Positions 1 through 13,713 are shown, counted from the first letter of the stretch. The stretch: DNA of 64,000 nucleotides from Octopus sinensis (GCF_006345805.1 NC_042998.1:201872001-201936000); one strand, 5' to 3'. Notes: a model not told the origin generated them from the letters alone. Translations and numbers: made by a program.

Positions 1-19
1 TATATATATATATATGTAT

Positions 20-350
20 TTCTTTTAAGAATATATTTGTATTTTACAAGGTTATTTACGTATATTTATTAATTAATTATTTTATTATTGTTGTCATCTT
101 TAACCTGATGAATGGCTATATTTATATTGAAGTGATTTTTTACTACTACTTCTAATATTTATTTACTACAATCATTTCTTAAATATACCCACGAAACACG
201 TGTTGTTATTCTACCGCATATATACGTTTTATTTATTATTTTGAACATCAATTAATCATCATTATATATTTTATCTTTTATTTAATCTTTCTATAATATG
301 TAATTTTCTAGATGGTGTAATTTAATTTTTCATTATTGAATTGATAAAAG
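20..350 (+). mobile_element. Penelope-like pseudo-LTR remnant carrying a hammerhead motif
   Basis: AT-rich repeat-like block next to (TA)n containing CTGATGA...GAAAC-ACGT-GT, the hammerhead layout typical of Penelope-like element pLTRs. Confidence 0.55.
101..208 (+). ncRNA. Type I hammerhead ribozyme motif with long stem II insert
   Basis: taac-CTGATGA-a-tggctatattt...aaatataccca-c-GAAA-cacgtgt-T-gtta. Stem I taac/gtta; stem II 10 of 11 bp; palindromic stem III acacgtgt; GUU cleavage triplet. Confidence 0.7.
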
Positions 351-373
351 GTGTTTTTTTTTAGATTTTAATT

Positions 374-421
<48 letters not shown>

Positions 422-555
422 ATTATATTATATTATATTATATCATATTATATTATATTATATTATATTTTGTGAAATTCGATTTCTAAATTGAATTTTG
501 TGAAAATCGATTTCTAAACTGAATTTTTCCCTGTAGGTTTGGAATAATATTCCCT

Positions 556-597
556 CATACATACATACATACATACATACATACATACATACATACT

Positions 598-666
<69 letters not shown>
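556..666. repeat. Compound microsatellite (CATA)n-(TA)n-(TG)n
   Basis: Directly visible; source of the 458..756 ORF artefacts. Confidence 0.95.
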
Positions 667-668
<2 letters not shown>

Positions 669-1499
669 ACGAACACACGAACACACATGTATTTATGCCT
701 GTATGTATGTATTCATGTAAGTATGCATATTGAAGTTTGTATATTGAATTTTCCAATTTAGCGTAAATATTTTGATAAATACATCTAGAAGTTTTGTGTT
801 TTTCTTTAGTTTTCTGTATTTATTTATTGTAATGATGTTTTAGTGAGAACACTAGTGAGATGAATCTTCAAATAATAATTATATATGTCTAGTCTTTAGT
901 GGTGATATTGATTAGATTTGTCATTTTTTCCGTATAAATACACTTACATAAATAACTTTCATGTTTATTTGAATCGGAAATATTTTTGCAATTAATTATT
1001 TATATCTTTGCAATTAAATTTTCATCCTTAATAAATTGGAACTGAAACATTTTTCAATTTTCACTGAGTGAAACCTCTAACATTTTAAAAAATCAAGCAA
1101 TTTACATTTCTACACATCAAATACAAACGAAATCAATATGCATAAGAGAAATCCGTTAACGCTATCATTCAGTTGCGACTTGAGAATTAAATGTCTAATA
1201 TTTAATTCCAATTTTGTTTCAGTTTAAGAAATCACCGAATCAGGATTTTTATTGTTCGAAATATATCAGAACAAAAGTCATTTCAACAAAGACGTGATAA
1301 CAGACCTAGAGAGAATTAGATAAATCTTACATTTAATCCAATAATTTTACACACGTGCCTATACACACATATATACCTAGGTGTGTATGAGCGCGTTTAT
1401 AGAATATGTAAATATTTGTATATGTGCGTGTATGTTTGTCTGTGTGTGTATGTTCGTGTGTGATTATCTATGTATCAATATCTATATGTATCTACATAC

Positions 1500-1629
1500 A
1501 TAATACATACATACATACATACACTCATACATGCATTCATACATACATACATATATACATGCATACATACATACATACATACATACATACATACATACAT
1601 ACATACATACATACATACATACATACATA
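1500..1629. repeat. (CATA)n microsatellite
   Basis: Directly visible. Confidence 0.95.
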
Positions 1630-2330
1630 CAGGAGACTTTCTAGAATTTACCAGGCATTTTCTGATGAAACATTTATTAAATTCAAAGATGTACACAACC
1701 TAATCTCAGTCAAAGTAGTATCCTCTGATTCCAATGTATTTGTTTTAACATTCCAGTCATTTCGTTAAGGACACTTGTGAGTCCTTCAAAGGGAAGGCGA
1801 CCTAGACATTTGTCACAGCTTCCTTCATTTTCTCTTATCAGCGTGGGGAGCAACCAGCTGTTTGAGGAAGTGTAAGGAGGGTGATGGACTCTTTTGATTC
1901 CCATTTCTCTCATGGTCTAGCTCTCGTGATGGAATTGCACACTGGTGCATTATCTCGGTGTAGATATTCTGGTCTTTCATGACGAAACCTTTACTTGAAC
2001 TCCTTAAAAAGCTTTACTCAGTACATTGTTAACCGTCTGGCAAGAATAAACCTAATGGATATAGATGCTGCCGTTATTGCCGAAAAATTTTATCATCTTG
2101 AGGTTCCCGGTGAACTTGCTTTGCATGGAATATTGTTCCAGCAGAAACAGATGCTCAGCCCTTACACGTTAACCCCTCAGCAGTCTGGAGCATTTCATAA
2201 ATCTTCTCTAGTGTTTTTGCTGTTTATCATAAAATGAATTCGATAGTTAGCTTCCAAAGTGTCTTATCGTATTGAGTGCAATCTACAAACTAATCAGCTG
2301 TGACAAGCAGGGTTTAGTAGGGTATGTTGA
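1630..2330 (-). mobile_element. Decayed, internally deleted mariner transposon
   Basis: Minus-strand frames give KTLEKIYEMLQTA, GQTVN..Y..FKEFK*RF, HRDNAPVCNSI, MGIKRVHHPPY and EMKEAVT. A TIR-like end (caggagactttctagaatttaccagg) follows TA at 1628-1629. Confidence 0.8.
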
Positions 2331-2342
2331 AAGGGTGTATAG

Positions 2343-2490
2343 TGGAAGCGTATGGCTTATTGGTCAATGTATTAGTCTCGTTACCGTAAGTTTGTGGTTC
2401 AATTCCAGGACTGGGCACTGAATTTTCTATTTGAGCAAAATACTTCATTTTGCGTTGCTCCAGTGCATTCAGATGGCAAAAAGGAGACAT
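2343..2490 (+). mobile_element. Diverged tRNA-headed SINE 5' part (type D)
   Basis: Similar to 53288-53421 (tggcttattggt A box, gtggttcaattcc B box, ttgagcaaaatacttcatttt..gttgctccagt). Confidence 0.6.
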
Positions 2491-2559
2491 TTTGCGTCTA
2501 AGGAGTGTCCCATCTTGGGGTGAATGTGTATGCCAGAAAACAGCAGGAAAATGGCCTTC

Positions 2560-4155
2560 TTCCACAAATTGTGTAACTATGGCATCGCTGGATATCTAGG
2601 AGTGTGGCTGGTTGTATGAGGTTTTAAAACGCAGAGGTGAGACAGTTGCAACAGATGGTGCTCTCTCAAAGGAGACATCAAGTCTCAGCGGAGTCCCTCC
2701 ATGAACTGTATTGGAACCATTACTGGTTGTTGTGGCCCTCTCGGTCCTGTCCTCAGTCACTTTCACCAGCTATGCTGACAATACAAAAGTATTGCAAGCG
2801 CTAAGTGATCCTAATGATAATTAGGCTGCAGAAAAAATCTGGATGCAATATACAAGTAAGCTATACAGGAGTGGATGTGTGGTAAGTAGCTTGCTTACCA
2901 ACCACACGGTTCCGGGTTCAGTCCCACTGCGTGGCATCTTGGGCAAGTGTCTTCTGCTATAGCCTCGGGCCGACCAATGCCTTGTGAGTGGAATTGGTAG
3001 ACGGAAACTGAAAGAAGCCTGTCGTATATATGTATATATATATATATATGTATGTATGTGTGTGTATTTGTTTATGTGCCAGTGTTTGTCCCCCCACCAT
3101 CGCTTGACAACCGATGCTGGTGTGTTTACGTCCCCGTCACTTAGCGGTTCGGCAAAAAGAGACCGATAGAATAAGTACTGGGCTTACAAAGAATAAGTCC
3201 CGGGGTCGATTTGCTCGACTAAAGGTGGTGCTCCAGCATGGCCGCAGTCAAATGACTGAAACAAGTAAAAGAGTAAAAGAGTGAAAGAGAGTAATGAAAA
3301 TGACATGCTGCTCGATGATGAGAAATGTGAAGCACTATACTATTGGCTCACAAAAGACTACAGTCGGAATACAGAGGAACATGTTATAGTGCAATCCTTG
3401 AATCAAAGTCAGTACGTGAGTCACGCTTCTATTTCAGTATACTTGGTTAATAATGCAAAATTAGTAATAATAATGCATATTAGCAAAATGGCAACGCTGT
3501 GTAGCGACTGATATGATGAATTCCAAAATCACTCTGAACCAGAGATAATAAGATCATGCTGCTGCTTTGTATAACGCTATTTCTCCGTTGATCTGCGCCA
3601 AACAGCAGAACTCGAGGTGATCCAACACCACTACACTAATACGATTGGCTCAGAGCAACAGATGAGTTGCTGGGAGACACGAAATGAACTGAGGCGCTAT
3701 ACCCAAGAGAGAAGATGCGAAATATATGGAGCGGTATGCGTATGAAAGGTCCTGGATGATCAAGCTCTCAACTTCGAAACTGGAAGCTATAACAACCAAC
3801 GAATAACATTGTACTGCATAGTAACAATGATCCCGTCATCTCTATCTCCATCGAGAATAAGGACCCGGTAGTGTAACAGCTTGGATTTCAATGTTCCGCA
3901 CAGTTATTCGACATTTTGTCAAAGAACCTCAGAGATATGCATGTAGATGTCGTGGAGGCTTTCAAAGAAAGTTTGGACACATTTTTGTCTGGCTACGCGA
4001 TGAACCCACATCGAAGTAGGGGACACAAAGAATAGCATCTCCGTTCAAAATGCCACTTAACCAGAAATAATACGGGAAACAAAACCAATCATATGAAAAG
4101 ACAGTGCCCCAGCATGGACGCAAACTCTTGTTGAAACCAGTAAAACAACAGATAA
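2560..4155 (+). mobile_element. Decayed CR1/L2-group LINE 3' fragment, split by a SINE
   Basis: SGVP..TVLEPLL, then YADN (2771-2782; YADD equivalent). After the SINE: NDMLLDDEKCEAL, then MSCW...ERR..Y- and FKESLDTFL-like motifs matching 14836-15838. Confidence 0.75.
2866..3282 (+). mobile_element. tRNA-headed SINE type A (~410 bp, internal (TA)n, gtaaaaga tail)
   Basis: A/B boxes (tggatgtgtggt, gggttcagtccc); near-identical to 29543, 33836, 49656 and 58731 copies. Confidence 0.9.
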
Positions 4156-5332
4156 ACTATGAGAGGGCCTATTAAGATTTCTTAAAACTTGAGGAAAATA
4201 GTTGAACAACGATAGAATATTATTATAAATAGATTCTCGATTTTGTTCCAGTCGTAAATTGTTTACTTCTTAAGTGAAAAATAGTAGATAACAACGCTCA
4301 AAATAGAAAACGCGAAAGAGATGACATATATATATATATATATATATAACCACGAATATAGTTCTTAGAGATGTTATCTCCGAAGTCTGCACATTACAAG
4401 AAAAAGATCTGTACGTTTAATTTTTAATCCAAGAAATTCTATAATAAACTAAATATTACAAATATTACAAACAAAAGAAAAACTATAAGATATGTATTCC
4501 TTTAACGGAAACCTTTTTTGCTAAGTTTAGATGTAGAAATGTTTTCATAGCAATTTCCCTGTTTCTTTTACAAAATCATTTTAAATTGATAATAATGTCA
4601 GGAAATTCGATATATTCAGAAAATAACATAAGAATTGTATATCCGTATTGACAAAAATATTCAAATCATTTTGATATTTTTGTTATATTAATGAAATGAT
4701 TTGTTAATTGCATACTATGTTTCAACTGTTCATCTAAGCTTCTATATACTCTTCAATATTAAGTTTCAAGATTCTCCAAATTAGAAATTGTTTTATTTTT
4801 AATCTGATTATAAAGATGCAACATAAAATTGGCCTGGTTTAGATGCTATTCTAAGGATTGATCATGTGTAAAGGACATTTCAAAAATAATATTTGATATA
4901 ATATCAAAGATTACCTGTGTGCAATTACGGAGATTCTTTCATTAACCTTAGTAAATATATCTCTTCAATCAAAGCAACCTCCTTTTTCGCCTCCGCCCGG
5001 CATCTAAATAATATTGCCTTTGATTCAAGTATGTTCACGGCAACATTAAACTGCTAGTTGATGATACTTTTATCTATACAATTTCCAAGTCACATGCTTC
5101 ACTTGGAGAAATTTAACTGAGAGCGCAAAGAGCTAGAACAGATAACGCAAGGTTCGTCTTTCTGTTGTTCCACCAGTTCACAATTTGTATTGGTACATTT
5201 TTCTCTGCCCATAAAAGAATGAAACCCAAAGCTGACGTTCGAGGTAGATAAGCATAGCACGTAAAGTGTTAGATGAAATACCTACGGCGTGGCATTATTC
5301 AATGCTAATTCTCAGTCCATACCTATGTTCTT

Positions 5333-5560
5333 ATTTCTTTACTGCCCACAAGGGGCTAAACACAGAGGGGACAAACAAGGTCGGACAAAGGGATTAAGTC
5401 GACTATATCGACCCCAGTGCGTAACTGGTACTTATTTACTCGACTCCGAAAGGATGAAAGGCAAAGTCGACCTCGGCGTAATTTGAACTCAGAACGTAGC
5501 GACAGAGAAAATACCGCTAGGCATTCCACCCAGCGTGCTCGCCGCCTTAAAAAAGCCTTA
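5333..5560 (-). mobile_element. SINE type B with 17-bp TSD
   Basis: TSD tccatacctatgttctt at 5316-5332 and 5561-5577; B box gagttcaaatt on minus. An older degraded type B copy lies at ~5190-5290. Confidence 0.9.
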
Positions 5561-8500
5561 TCCATACCTATGTTCTTTTAAATGCAACTGACAATGAAGC
5601 CTTCACATCCTTTAACCTATTACTGTAGCAGCGACTTTACATCTCGGAGAAATATTTATTTTGCATTATCAGTCAAGAAATTACATCCTGTAATTCCAAT
5701 ATTTTCGCTGCAGCCAGCTGATATTTTAAACCACGATATGTTAATTTCAGTTTATTTTATTGAGAAAAATCTCTTATGTAATTTAAGAATTCACAAGTGT
5801 AATGAAGGAAACATTGTAAATGTCCAAATCTTTCTGATAAAGAATTAGTAGTAGCACCTGAGTATTACTCAGAACACATGATATTTTTAATCTTCTTACT
5901 CAATAATTATTCCTTTATATTTCGAAATAATTTCCTCAAAATAAAAGCCGTTACAGATAACGTTACTAATGTTACTTAATAGACTTTCAAACGATAAAGT
6001 TTAGACCTGAGGTTACGTTTCAATATTCAACAACCGATCGCTTTATATTTTATCCAAAACATCTTCAAGAACAGCTGAATAACTATTTAGAATTCATTAA
6101 AAGCAGTACATCCATTTTAGCTTGATATGCTGACTAGCTGAAGCAGCGTTTGTGCGATTACTGCAAAATGGTCAATGTCTATATCTGCTGGAAATAGGAA
6201 TACACACTTTGAAATATGAATAACCTCCACCGGATAGTGTCACAGTTCATAACTACTTTTGTTTATGACCTACACTCATCAATTGAATTTAGTTGACCGC
6301 ATGATTTAGGATCAAAGGTGTTGTGTTTCTTAATTTCTATGATCTCACAATCAAGGCCTTTCACGTTGCATTCTAAAACTGCGACCGGTCAACACATTTG
6401 TAAGGATCGGGGAGTGAGATAAATATAAGTGTGGGTGCTAAATGAGGAAGAAGTGATCAGATTTCACAGGAACGTGATAAAAAAAAAATGGGATTATCTG
6501 CGCACAAAGGAACATATTAATACGAAATGCACATTAAAGGAAATCTGTTGAAAAGCCAATGCCTTGCTGGACGAAATGATAAAAGAAGTAATGAATAAAG
6601 ACATATATCGGATACACCACATGCACACTACAGGAAAGCATGTATATGAATACAAAGAACATAAAAGTGGATGCATATATTGATTACCAAAACACACAGA
6701 TGGCTATAAAGGAACACACTAATACACAAACACATATATATCATGATACAAATGAATTCATACAAATTCAAACAGACATACGATATTTTGTCGTGGATTT
6801 TAATAACTTCCTGCCATCAAATACTGGCAGGAATTTATATATATAAAAAAAACGTTGCAGCAGGTATCACCGAAAATATTCTTTGGTTAATACCACGGTT
6901 AGACTTGAAAAAAAATATTCAGTATTCCTTTGTATAGAAGGAAACTGACTTTTCCCATTGACACATATATATATATGCGTCCCCAAATTTCAATATCGTC
7001 CATAATACTTCACTCCTGATTACCACGTTATGTGAAACTTAGTGATAAAGGCGTTATTCAATATATCTTCCTGTGAATATCGTGTCAATTTGACCCAGAG
7101 AAGCCATAAATCTGCTTTACGCTTTGTAATACAGAAGGCATGTTAATCGAGCAATTATCATTCTCACTTAAGCCTTTTTCCACCATCGACAAATGGAAAT
7201 TTTTCAATATTTCAACACTATGCGTAGGAGCTTTTTCCCCGCTTTGTAAACATTTTCAAGGTGTTGGCATTCTATGAAATTCATATTCTTTACACGCATC
7301 AAATAATCCCCTTACGAGTATTACTCCCTCAATGTTCTGCATACATACCTCTGTAAGCAAATGAGCACAGCGTGTCTGCATATTCTACAAAATAGGACCC
7401 TCATGCATACCTGAAACGTATACGGTTAAGTTCTCCTCTAAGGAACTCTGCGCAATAAAACGGAAATATCGTAAGCAACGTAATCCGTTAGCATATCAGT
7501 TTGTCTAACAATTTTTTTAAATATGTAGAGAAAATATTTAGGTATAAACAGAATTTTTATCTTACTTTTTATTTTTGCACCTATATAATTATATAAGGTC
7601 CGATATGCGAAATAAGTTTGATTTACCTGGATTGATGATTTAACATTATTTTCTTGCTTTAATTACGTTTGTGTTTAGACTAAACCGAACTAGAATTTGT
7701 CTTTCCTAAACATACAATTATTCTATGAAACACACTCCGAAGTCATATGAAGCGTTAAATAAAATGAAGCAGACGTTTTATTTTTATAAACAGTGCGATT
7801 TGATAGAATTTATATTTAATAGAACATCTCAAAATTTTAATTAGTGCGCACAAAAATGTAAAGTACATCCTTTGCCATAAAAGTTCATATTTAATATGCA
7901 CACAACAAGTAGGATTCACATATAAATTGCTCTACTCGGAATTGCTTTAATCGGATATATTTACGTAGAAAAATATATTTCCTTCACATAAATATACAGA
8001 GTGTGAAATAGCACAAATATACATTTCAGTGTGCGTATATAAAAATTAACGTTGTTTTGTAAAATGTATATATCTTAAATACTTAAATACCTTAAGTTAA
8101 GTAGATTTTAATTTTCTTTTATGAATTTAAACTTTCAACATATATTTTCTTGGTTGTAATTTTCGGTTATTATATTCCAATATTTGTTAATTATTTACTG
8201 TTTGATTTAATGTTGGTGTGTACTACAGCCGTGCGGAAGAGAGAATAATCCAGTTGATTATAGAAATGTTTAATTCAGCTTTTATTATAAAATTACAATC
8301 TGTAAGGAATACTGGATGAGATGCGCTGTATTAATGAACAAAACCAACTTAATTATTAGAATTTTAATTGCTAGATCCAATCTAGAATAAGATTATTTCC
8401 GGTAGTTAATAACATTTCAAAATTGTTAAAGACAATTAGTTTTATGCATTTCATGATAGACTAATAAAGCTGTCATTTTGTAACCATCACTTCAATACTG

Positions 8501-9341
8501 GATCCTTTAATATCATACGAAGCGTTTTGCGTTCATGGGATCCTATAAGCCCATCAAAAGAATTACTTAAATATTACTTTTTATTATCTAGCATCGTTCT
8601 GATCAGAATCCTTTCCAGCAGTAACCTTCTCAAAATTGACAAACTTCCCATCAGATTGCACTAATGTGGGCTCTACTACTGGCGTTTTCTTTGACTTGCA
8701 CTATCAACTCTAGTTACACCATATTTGGGATTCGTTTCTCACACTCTTCAACTAAAACGTCAACAACGTACTAATCGTCACTTCCCATTGCTTGCTGGTA
8801 TCGCCATTTTGTTACTTCCTAACCATCCACATACATTTGTCATCTATATGCAACCTAGACACCACCCAACAAAGGACTTCGATGGCATACTACAGTTGTA
8901 TCAATGTAATAGTGTCTCATTCAACAGCAGAACAAAAAACACAGCCGTTACCATATCAAGTCAACATTACATCTCGCAATCTACCCTTAAATATCAGCAG
9001 CATGCAACTAAATACACACGATATCCTCAAACGTTTGACTTCGCTATCACTGAGGTTTCACTAATGGATTCATATCCATAACGTAACTAATGTAGAATCT
9101 CAAAGACAGATTTTTCTTTCTAGAAATAGAAAAAGCTTCACCACTTAGTAAATATCAATACCACACTAAGCAGCAGATGTGCAGATGTGTGAATCACACT
9201 GGAATATTCCCTCCTCAAAATATACAGTGCTTCTCTTACACACGCTGATATTCTCCACTATGATCAGGGAGCAGCCACTGTACTGATGAGCTTAAAATCA
9301 CTCACAAATACACCGCAAGCTCCAGTATATAGAAGTGTTCT

Positions 9342-9342
<1 letters not shown>

Positions 9343-9377
<35 letters not shown>

Positions 9378-9443
9378 TTTCTCTCTCTTTCTCTCTCCCT
9401 CTTCCTCTCTTTCTCTCTCCCCCATCTCTCTCTCTCTCTCTTT
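9343..9443. repeat. (CT)n microsatellite
   Basis: Directly visible. Confidence 0.95.
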
Positions 9444-10181
9444 GTTTCTTTTCTGTCATACAGTGATGACCCCTGCTCTTAGGTACCGCTGGTTCTGTAC
9501 CACTTCATATCACTCGTTCCTTGTTTTATCATACATATTATGTCCGCTGCCCTCAGATATGCTTCGTAATTATACATTGTTTTCTAGTGAACCGAATCTC
9601 TCGGGTTTTCTCTCTTCACATTCTTTTCATAGAGCTGTCGTTTAGAAATCGATTTAACTAGACGCTAACGCTCTTAATCTCACCGATGAGAGAAGGCCTG
9701 CTGAGTTTTAGGGTACGCATTCTTCTGAGGTACGAAACTATTTAAAACAAACATCAGAAAACCGTGTATGCTAGAATACCTAACGTAGTATGTACTTCTC
9801 AGAAAGAGATTCACCATTTACAGCAGTCACTAGTTTCAATATAGATGCAATAGTTTTCTTTTTATAATCTTGTAGGCTAGATCTGTTTTTCAGTCTACGT
9901 TCATTTAGTTTTAAATTAAGTTATAAGTTAAGTACGGCTTTTAGATCTTTATCTTTTCCGAAGAACTATAAGTTTCGATGGATTAAAATATTTTGGAAGG
10001 TGAAGGGTGATATCAGTATGCCCTGATACTGCAGCTTGTATGAGTGTAATATTGAATAAATCTAGATAACATTGTTATTTATATTCAGTATGATACTCAT
10101 ACGTAATACAGAACATTTTGAATAATTATCATTTGCTTTCATACAAATTCAATTTATAAGCATTATATGGCACATAATCTA

Positions 10182-10414
10182 TATTTCTTTACTGCCCACA
10201 AGGGGCTAAACATAGAGGGGACAAACAAAGACAGACGAAGGGATTAAGTCGATTATATCGCCCCCAGTGCGAAACTGGTACTTTATTTATCGATCCCGAA
10301 AGGATGAAAGGCAAAGTTGACCTCGGCGGCATTTGAACTCAGAACGTAACGACAGACGAAATACCGCTAAGCATTTCGCCCGGCGCGCTAACGTGTCTGC
10401 CAGCTCGCCGCCTT
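10182..10414 (-). mobile_element. SINE type B with 16-bp TSD
   Basis: TSD tatggcacataatcta at 10166-10181 and 10415-10430; same body as 5333 and 26554. Confidence 0.92.
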
Positions 10415-12477
10415 TATGGCACATAATCTAGTCTCGTCAAATTATGTGAATACGATATATAAGAGAATCATTGGAATTAGATCTACTTCACCTCATGACA
10501 GGCTATAAATTCCATTGGAACATTCTTCGGATTCTATTCCTCCACCGTAGAGCAATGACTGTGCTGTATCAAGATTCACATCGAGATAACTAACAAGGTG
10601 GATACATATTGAGTATTAAATAAACAATACATTACTTATTGATTCTCAATTCAATTTGCCATTTCGTATGATATGGCTGTTTTATTTTAATACATATGTA
10701 GTCAGTATACATTTGAGAAGACTATGTGCAGTATCAGAGCTCTAAAATTGAAGATATCAAACTGTATCTAGCTTCAGACATTGCATGAGGAAACTAACAA
10801 AGCTACAACAAATACTTAAAGTCTACTTTTACAGCTATCAGCCTGTTTTGTAATATGTGTTTGCATTTAAATGTCAACTTATCTCACAGATATATGTTTA
10901 AATTACTGCAAAATTCATTGGTAGTGTAATCTATTGTTGTTCCATTCTTCTGTTGATATTGTGCCTAGTGACCAGGGCATAAAATTTTATTAATTTCATT
11001 ATAGGCATGAATTAATGAAATTCGAATATGGTACTGGACACTAACGTAGAATTCTTCTCTCCATTTTGGCTCTGATATTTTATCTGACTCTATGTTTATT
11101 CCCTAATTTACTCTCAAAGAGCTAGACTAGAAAGCAATACAAGTAATGATTTGTGTAATAAATTCTAAAATTTTATCTCACAACCGCCAAAGACGAATCG
11201 CTAGATACAATTCAAGATGGAAATCTTGAATGCATCAATTAAGGAACAATGTTAATAAAACGCTGTCTCCTGATGAAGTCGTAAATTTGACTCTTCAATC
11301 TATCAGTGTCTCAAGATAAGATAACAAGGTCAGTAAAATATACCGCCAGAAAGTCAATAAAACAATAAATAAATAAGAACGAATCTTACTGTCAAATACT
11401 GTGAAGCAGAAAATTGAAAAGAAGACATCCAACACAACAATCATCTCAAAAGAGGAAACGTATCTCTTTCTTGGACTACGTAAGTAATATCAATCAAGCT
11501 ATGTATCGACATAACTTTATAAGTACGTAAGTGTGTCTAATATTAGAAAACAAAGTTATCTATAAGTGTTTGTTATTTGTTTTTCTATTGTAACTTGTGA
11601 TAGGAAGCATCTCATTCACCGCGACGCAAACCTATGCTAGTATATCATAAAGTTTGGGACATACGACTACCTGAAGCAAGTATAATTATCTCGGTAATAA
11701 ATTACGTGCGAATAAATTCGATCTATCATAGGTGAGAGAGAAACATTAGAATAAACTATAAATGAAGAAGATAAGAGCTAAATAAAAGATGTGAGGAAGA
11801 TTCGCAAAGTTTGCTGTGATAGTTTAGAGAAATGAGATAAAGTTTAACCTAGCGTCCAGACAGATAAGAAGCAAAATTTATTTTGCTTCATTACTCAACC
11901 GAGGTAATGGCTATATTTGATTTCTCCAGTCGCCAAAGTTTACTTAACCCCCAACTGGACACAACAACTAATTCCCAAGTGGCGAATCATATACACATAA
12001 ATAGATTTATCCATTTATCCCTCTCTCCTTCCATTTCTCTTTGTACATATACACACGGAGATATACCGGCACGTACAAATGCACAGAAATACACCCCACA
12101 CACACATATTCCTGAGTATTGTTTTCGCTTTCCTTCTATCTCTCTCGTTCTTGAACTTAGTCACACTTTTCTCTCGTTCAGTATATATGTGTGTGTGTAT
12201 TTAGGTGTATATATACATGCATACATACATACATACATGCATACATGCATACATACATGCATACATACATACAGATATGTGTATGTGTGTGTGTGTGCTC
12301 GCACGTGTATGTGTGTGTGCGCGGTAGAAAGCATGAGACAAACTCACATATTGGCATTTACTGCAAAATGCACACCTGTTTATATCGCTAATGGAGAGAT
12401 TTATCGCCGCCATCTCCACTACTGAGACCGAGCACTTGATATTACGACCTAGCTTGATCTCAGTTTCATTTATACCA

Positions 12478-12960
12478 AATAATCTAAGAAAATGAATGGG
12501 TTATCCGTACATATTAGTTATATATAAGGATCTCTTCCAGGCGCCCTATTATCGAATTGTTAAACCGTCTGAGTAGGCCATGGGATTCCCAGATATGAGT
12601 TCTACTCACGTATCTAGTTTCATCAAAATTAATAAACCGATGTAGGGCTGGGGTAGTTGATAACTCCACAAACACCCACACAGACAGAATTTATCACAAA
12701 TTTAGTAGATAACAAATAATATAGGAAAATGAATGGGTTATCTCGCTTGGATGTTAAAATACAATATATTAGTTATACATAGGTATCCCTGGCAGGAGGC
12801 CTATTATCGATTAAAAAAAAAAACAATCTGAGTATGTCATGAGGTTTCCAGACAAGAGTTCGACTCACGTGTCAGCTTTCATCAAAATCGATACAACGAG
12901 GCAGGAGGAGTTAGCTAAATACTCCGCTAACAAACACAGCCACAAACAGAATTTCCTTTT
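12478..12960 (-). mobile_element. Two tandem non-autonomous Helitron 5' fragments
   Basis: Two diverged copies (12478-12709 and 12716-12960) sharing aaaatgaatgggttatc, cctattatcga, actcacgt and tttcatcaaaat. The minus strand of copy 1 starts a|TCTACTAAA followed by tctgtctgtgtg, the usual non-autonomous Helitron 5' pattern. Confidence 0.6.
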
Positions 12961-12961
12961 T

Positions 12962-13015
<54 letters not shown>

Positions 13016-13018
<3 letters not shown>

Positions 13019-13205
13019 AGAATTCACAAAAAAACCCAAAAGACAAGACAGGTGGTTTAGACAACAAACAGATGTATTTGTTTAATGCTCGGGAATTGAA
13101 GAAGTCTTTAACGTTTCAAACATATGCTCTTCCACAGAAAGGAACACGGAAAGAAACAAGGAGAGAAAATAGAGAATGTGTAGTGGTTAGCGATCTATCA
13201 TGGCG
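13016..13205 (-). mobile_element. ~190-bp solo pLTR-like repeat (CUGUNGA hammerhead family)
   Basis: Homologous to 23713-23902, 31063-31258 and 58045-58235; embedded in (TA)n. Confidence 0.75.
13106..13141 (-). ncRNA. Minimal hammerhead-like motif with A6U core
   Basis: cttt-CTGTGGA-a-gagc-atat-gttt-GAAA-cgt-T-aaag on minus; stem II weakened to G-U pairs. Confidence 0.5.
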
Positions 13206-13214
13206 TATATACAT

Positions 13215-13321
<107 letters not shown>

Positions 13322-13330
13322 TACACACAC

Positions 13331-13362
<32 letters not shown>

Positions 13363-13371
13363 TATATATAT

Positions 13372-13419
<48 letters not shown>

Positions 13420-13581
13420 AATAAGAAAATGGAGAAACAAATTCATTTCAATCATCAATTTACGATATTACAATTTCACATTATTTATTAATTATACAAA
13501 TGGGAACATGAAAATCGAACAAAACAACGTACATCAATATGTAAAATAATAATAAAAGTTAAAATAATACAAATAAACTGC

Positions 13582-13713
13582 TCCTTACAACTGTTTCAGC
13601 CTATGCTCAAGAGTCAATCCAACTTAAATTGCCTATAGATGTCATTGTAATATAGTCTTAGGCATTAAAGATTATATTTGTATGTTTAAATAACCAAAGG
13701 CCTCGTCAGAGGA
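13582..13713 (-). ncRNA. Type I hammerhead ribozyme motif with long stem II insert
   Basis: tcct-CTGACGA-ggcct...aggct-GAAA-cagttgt-A-agga on minus; all three stems pair; GUA triplet. Confidence 0.75.

Noticed and set aside
7349-7410. 62-nt minus-strand exon candidate (tttcag...gtatgt)
   Set aside because: Good splice signals but no recognisable protein and no partner exon; needs RNA-seq.
9283-9330. CTGATGA-gctt...aagc possible hammerhead
   Set aside because: No GAAA after the stem.
11269-11300. CTGATGA-agtc...gact possible hammerhead
   Set aside because: No GAAA or stem III.
11390-11484. Plus-strand segment ending in a gtaagt donor
   Set aside because: No start codon or acceptor support; could be a UTR exon but cannot be supported.
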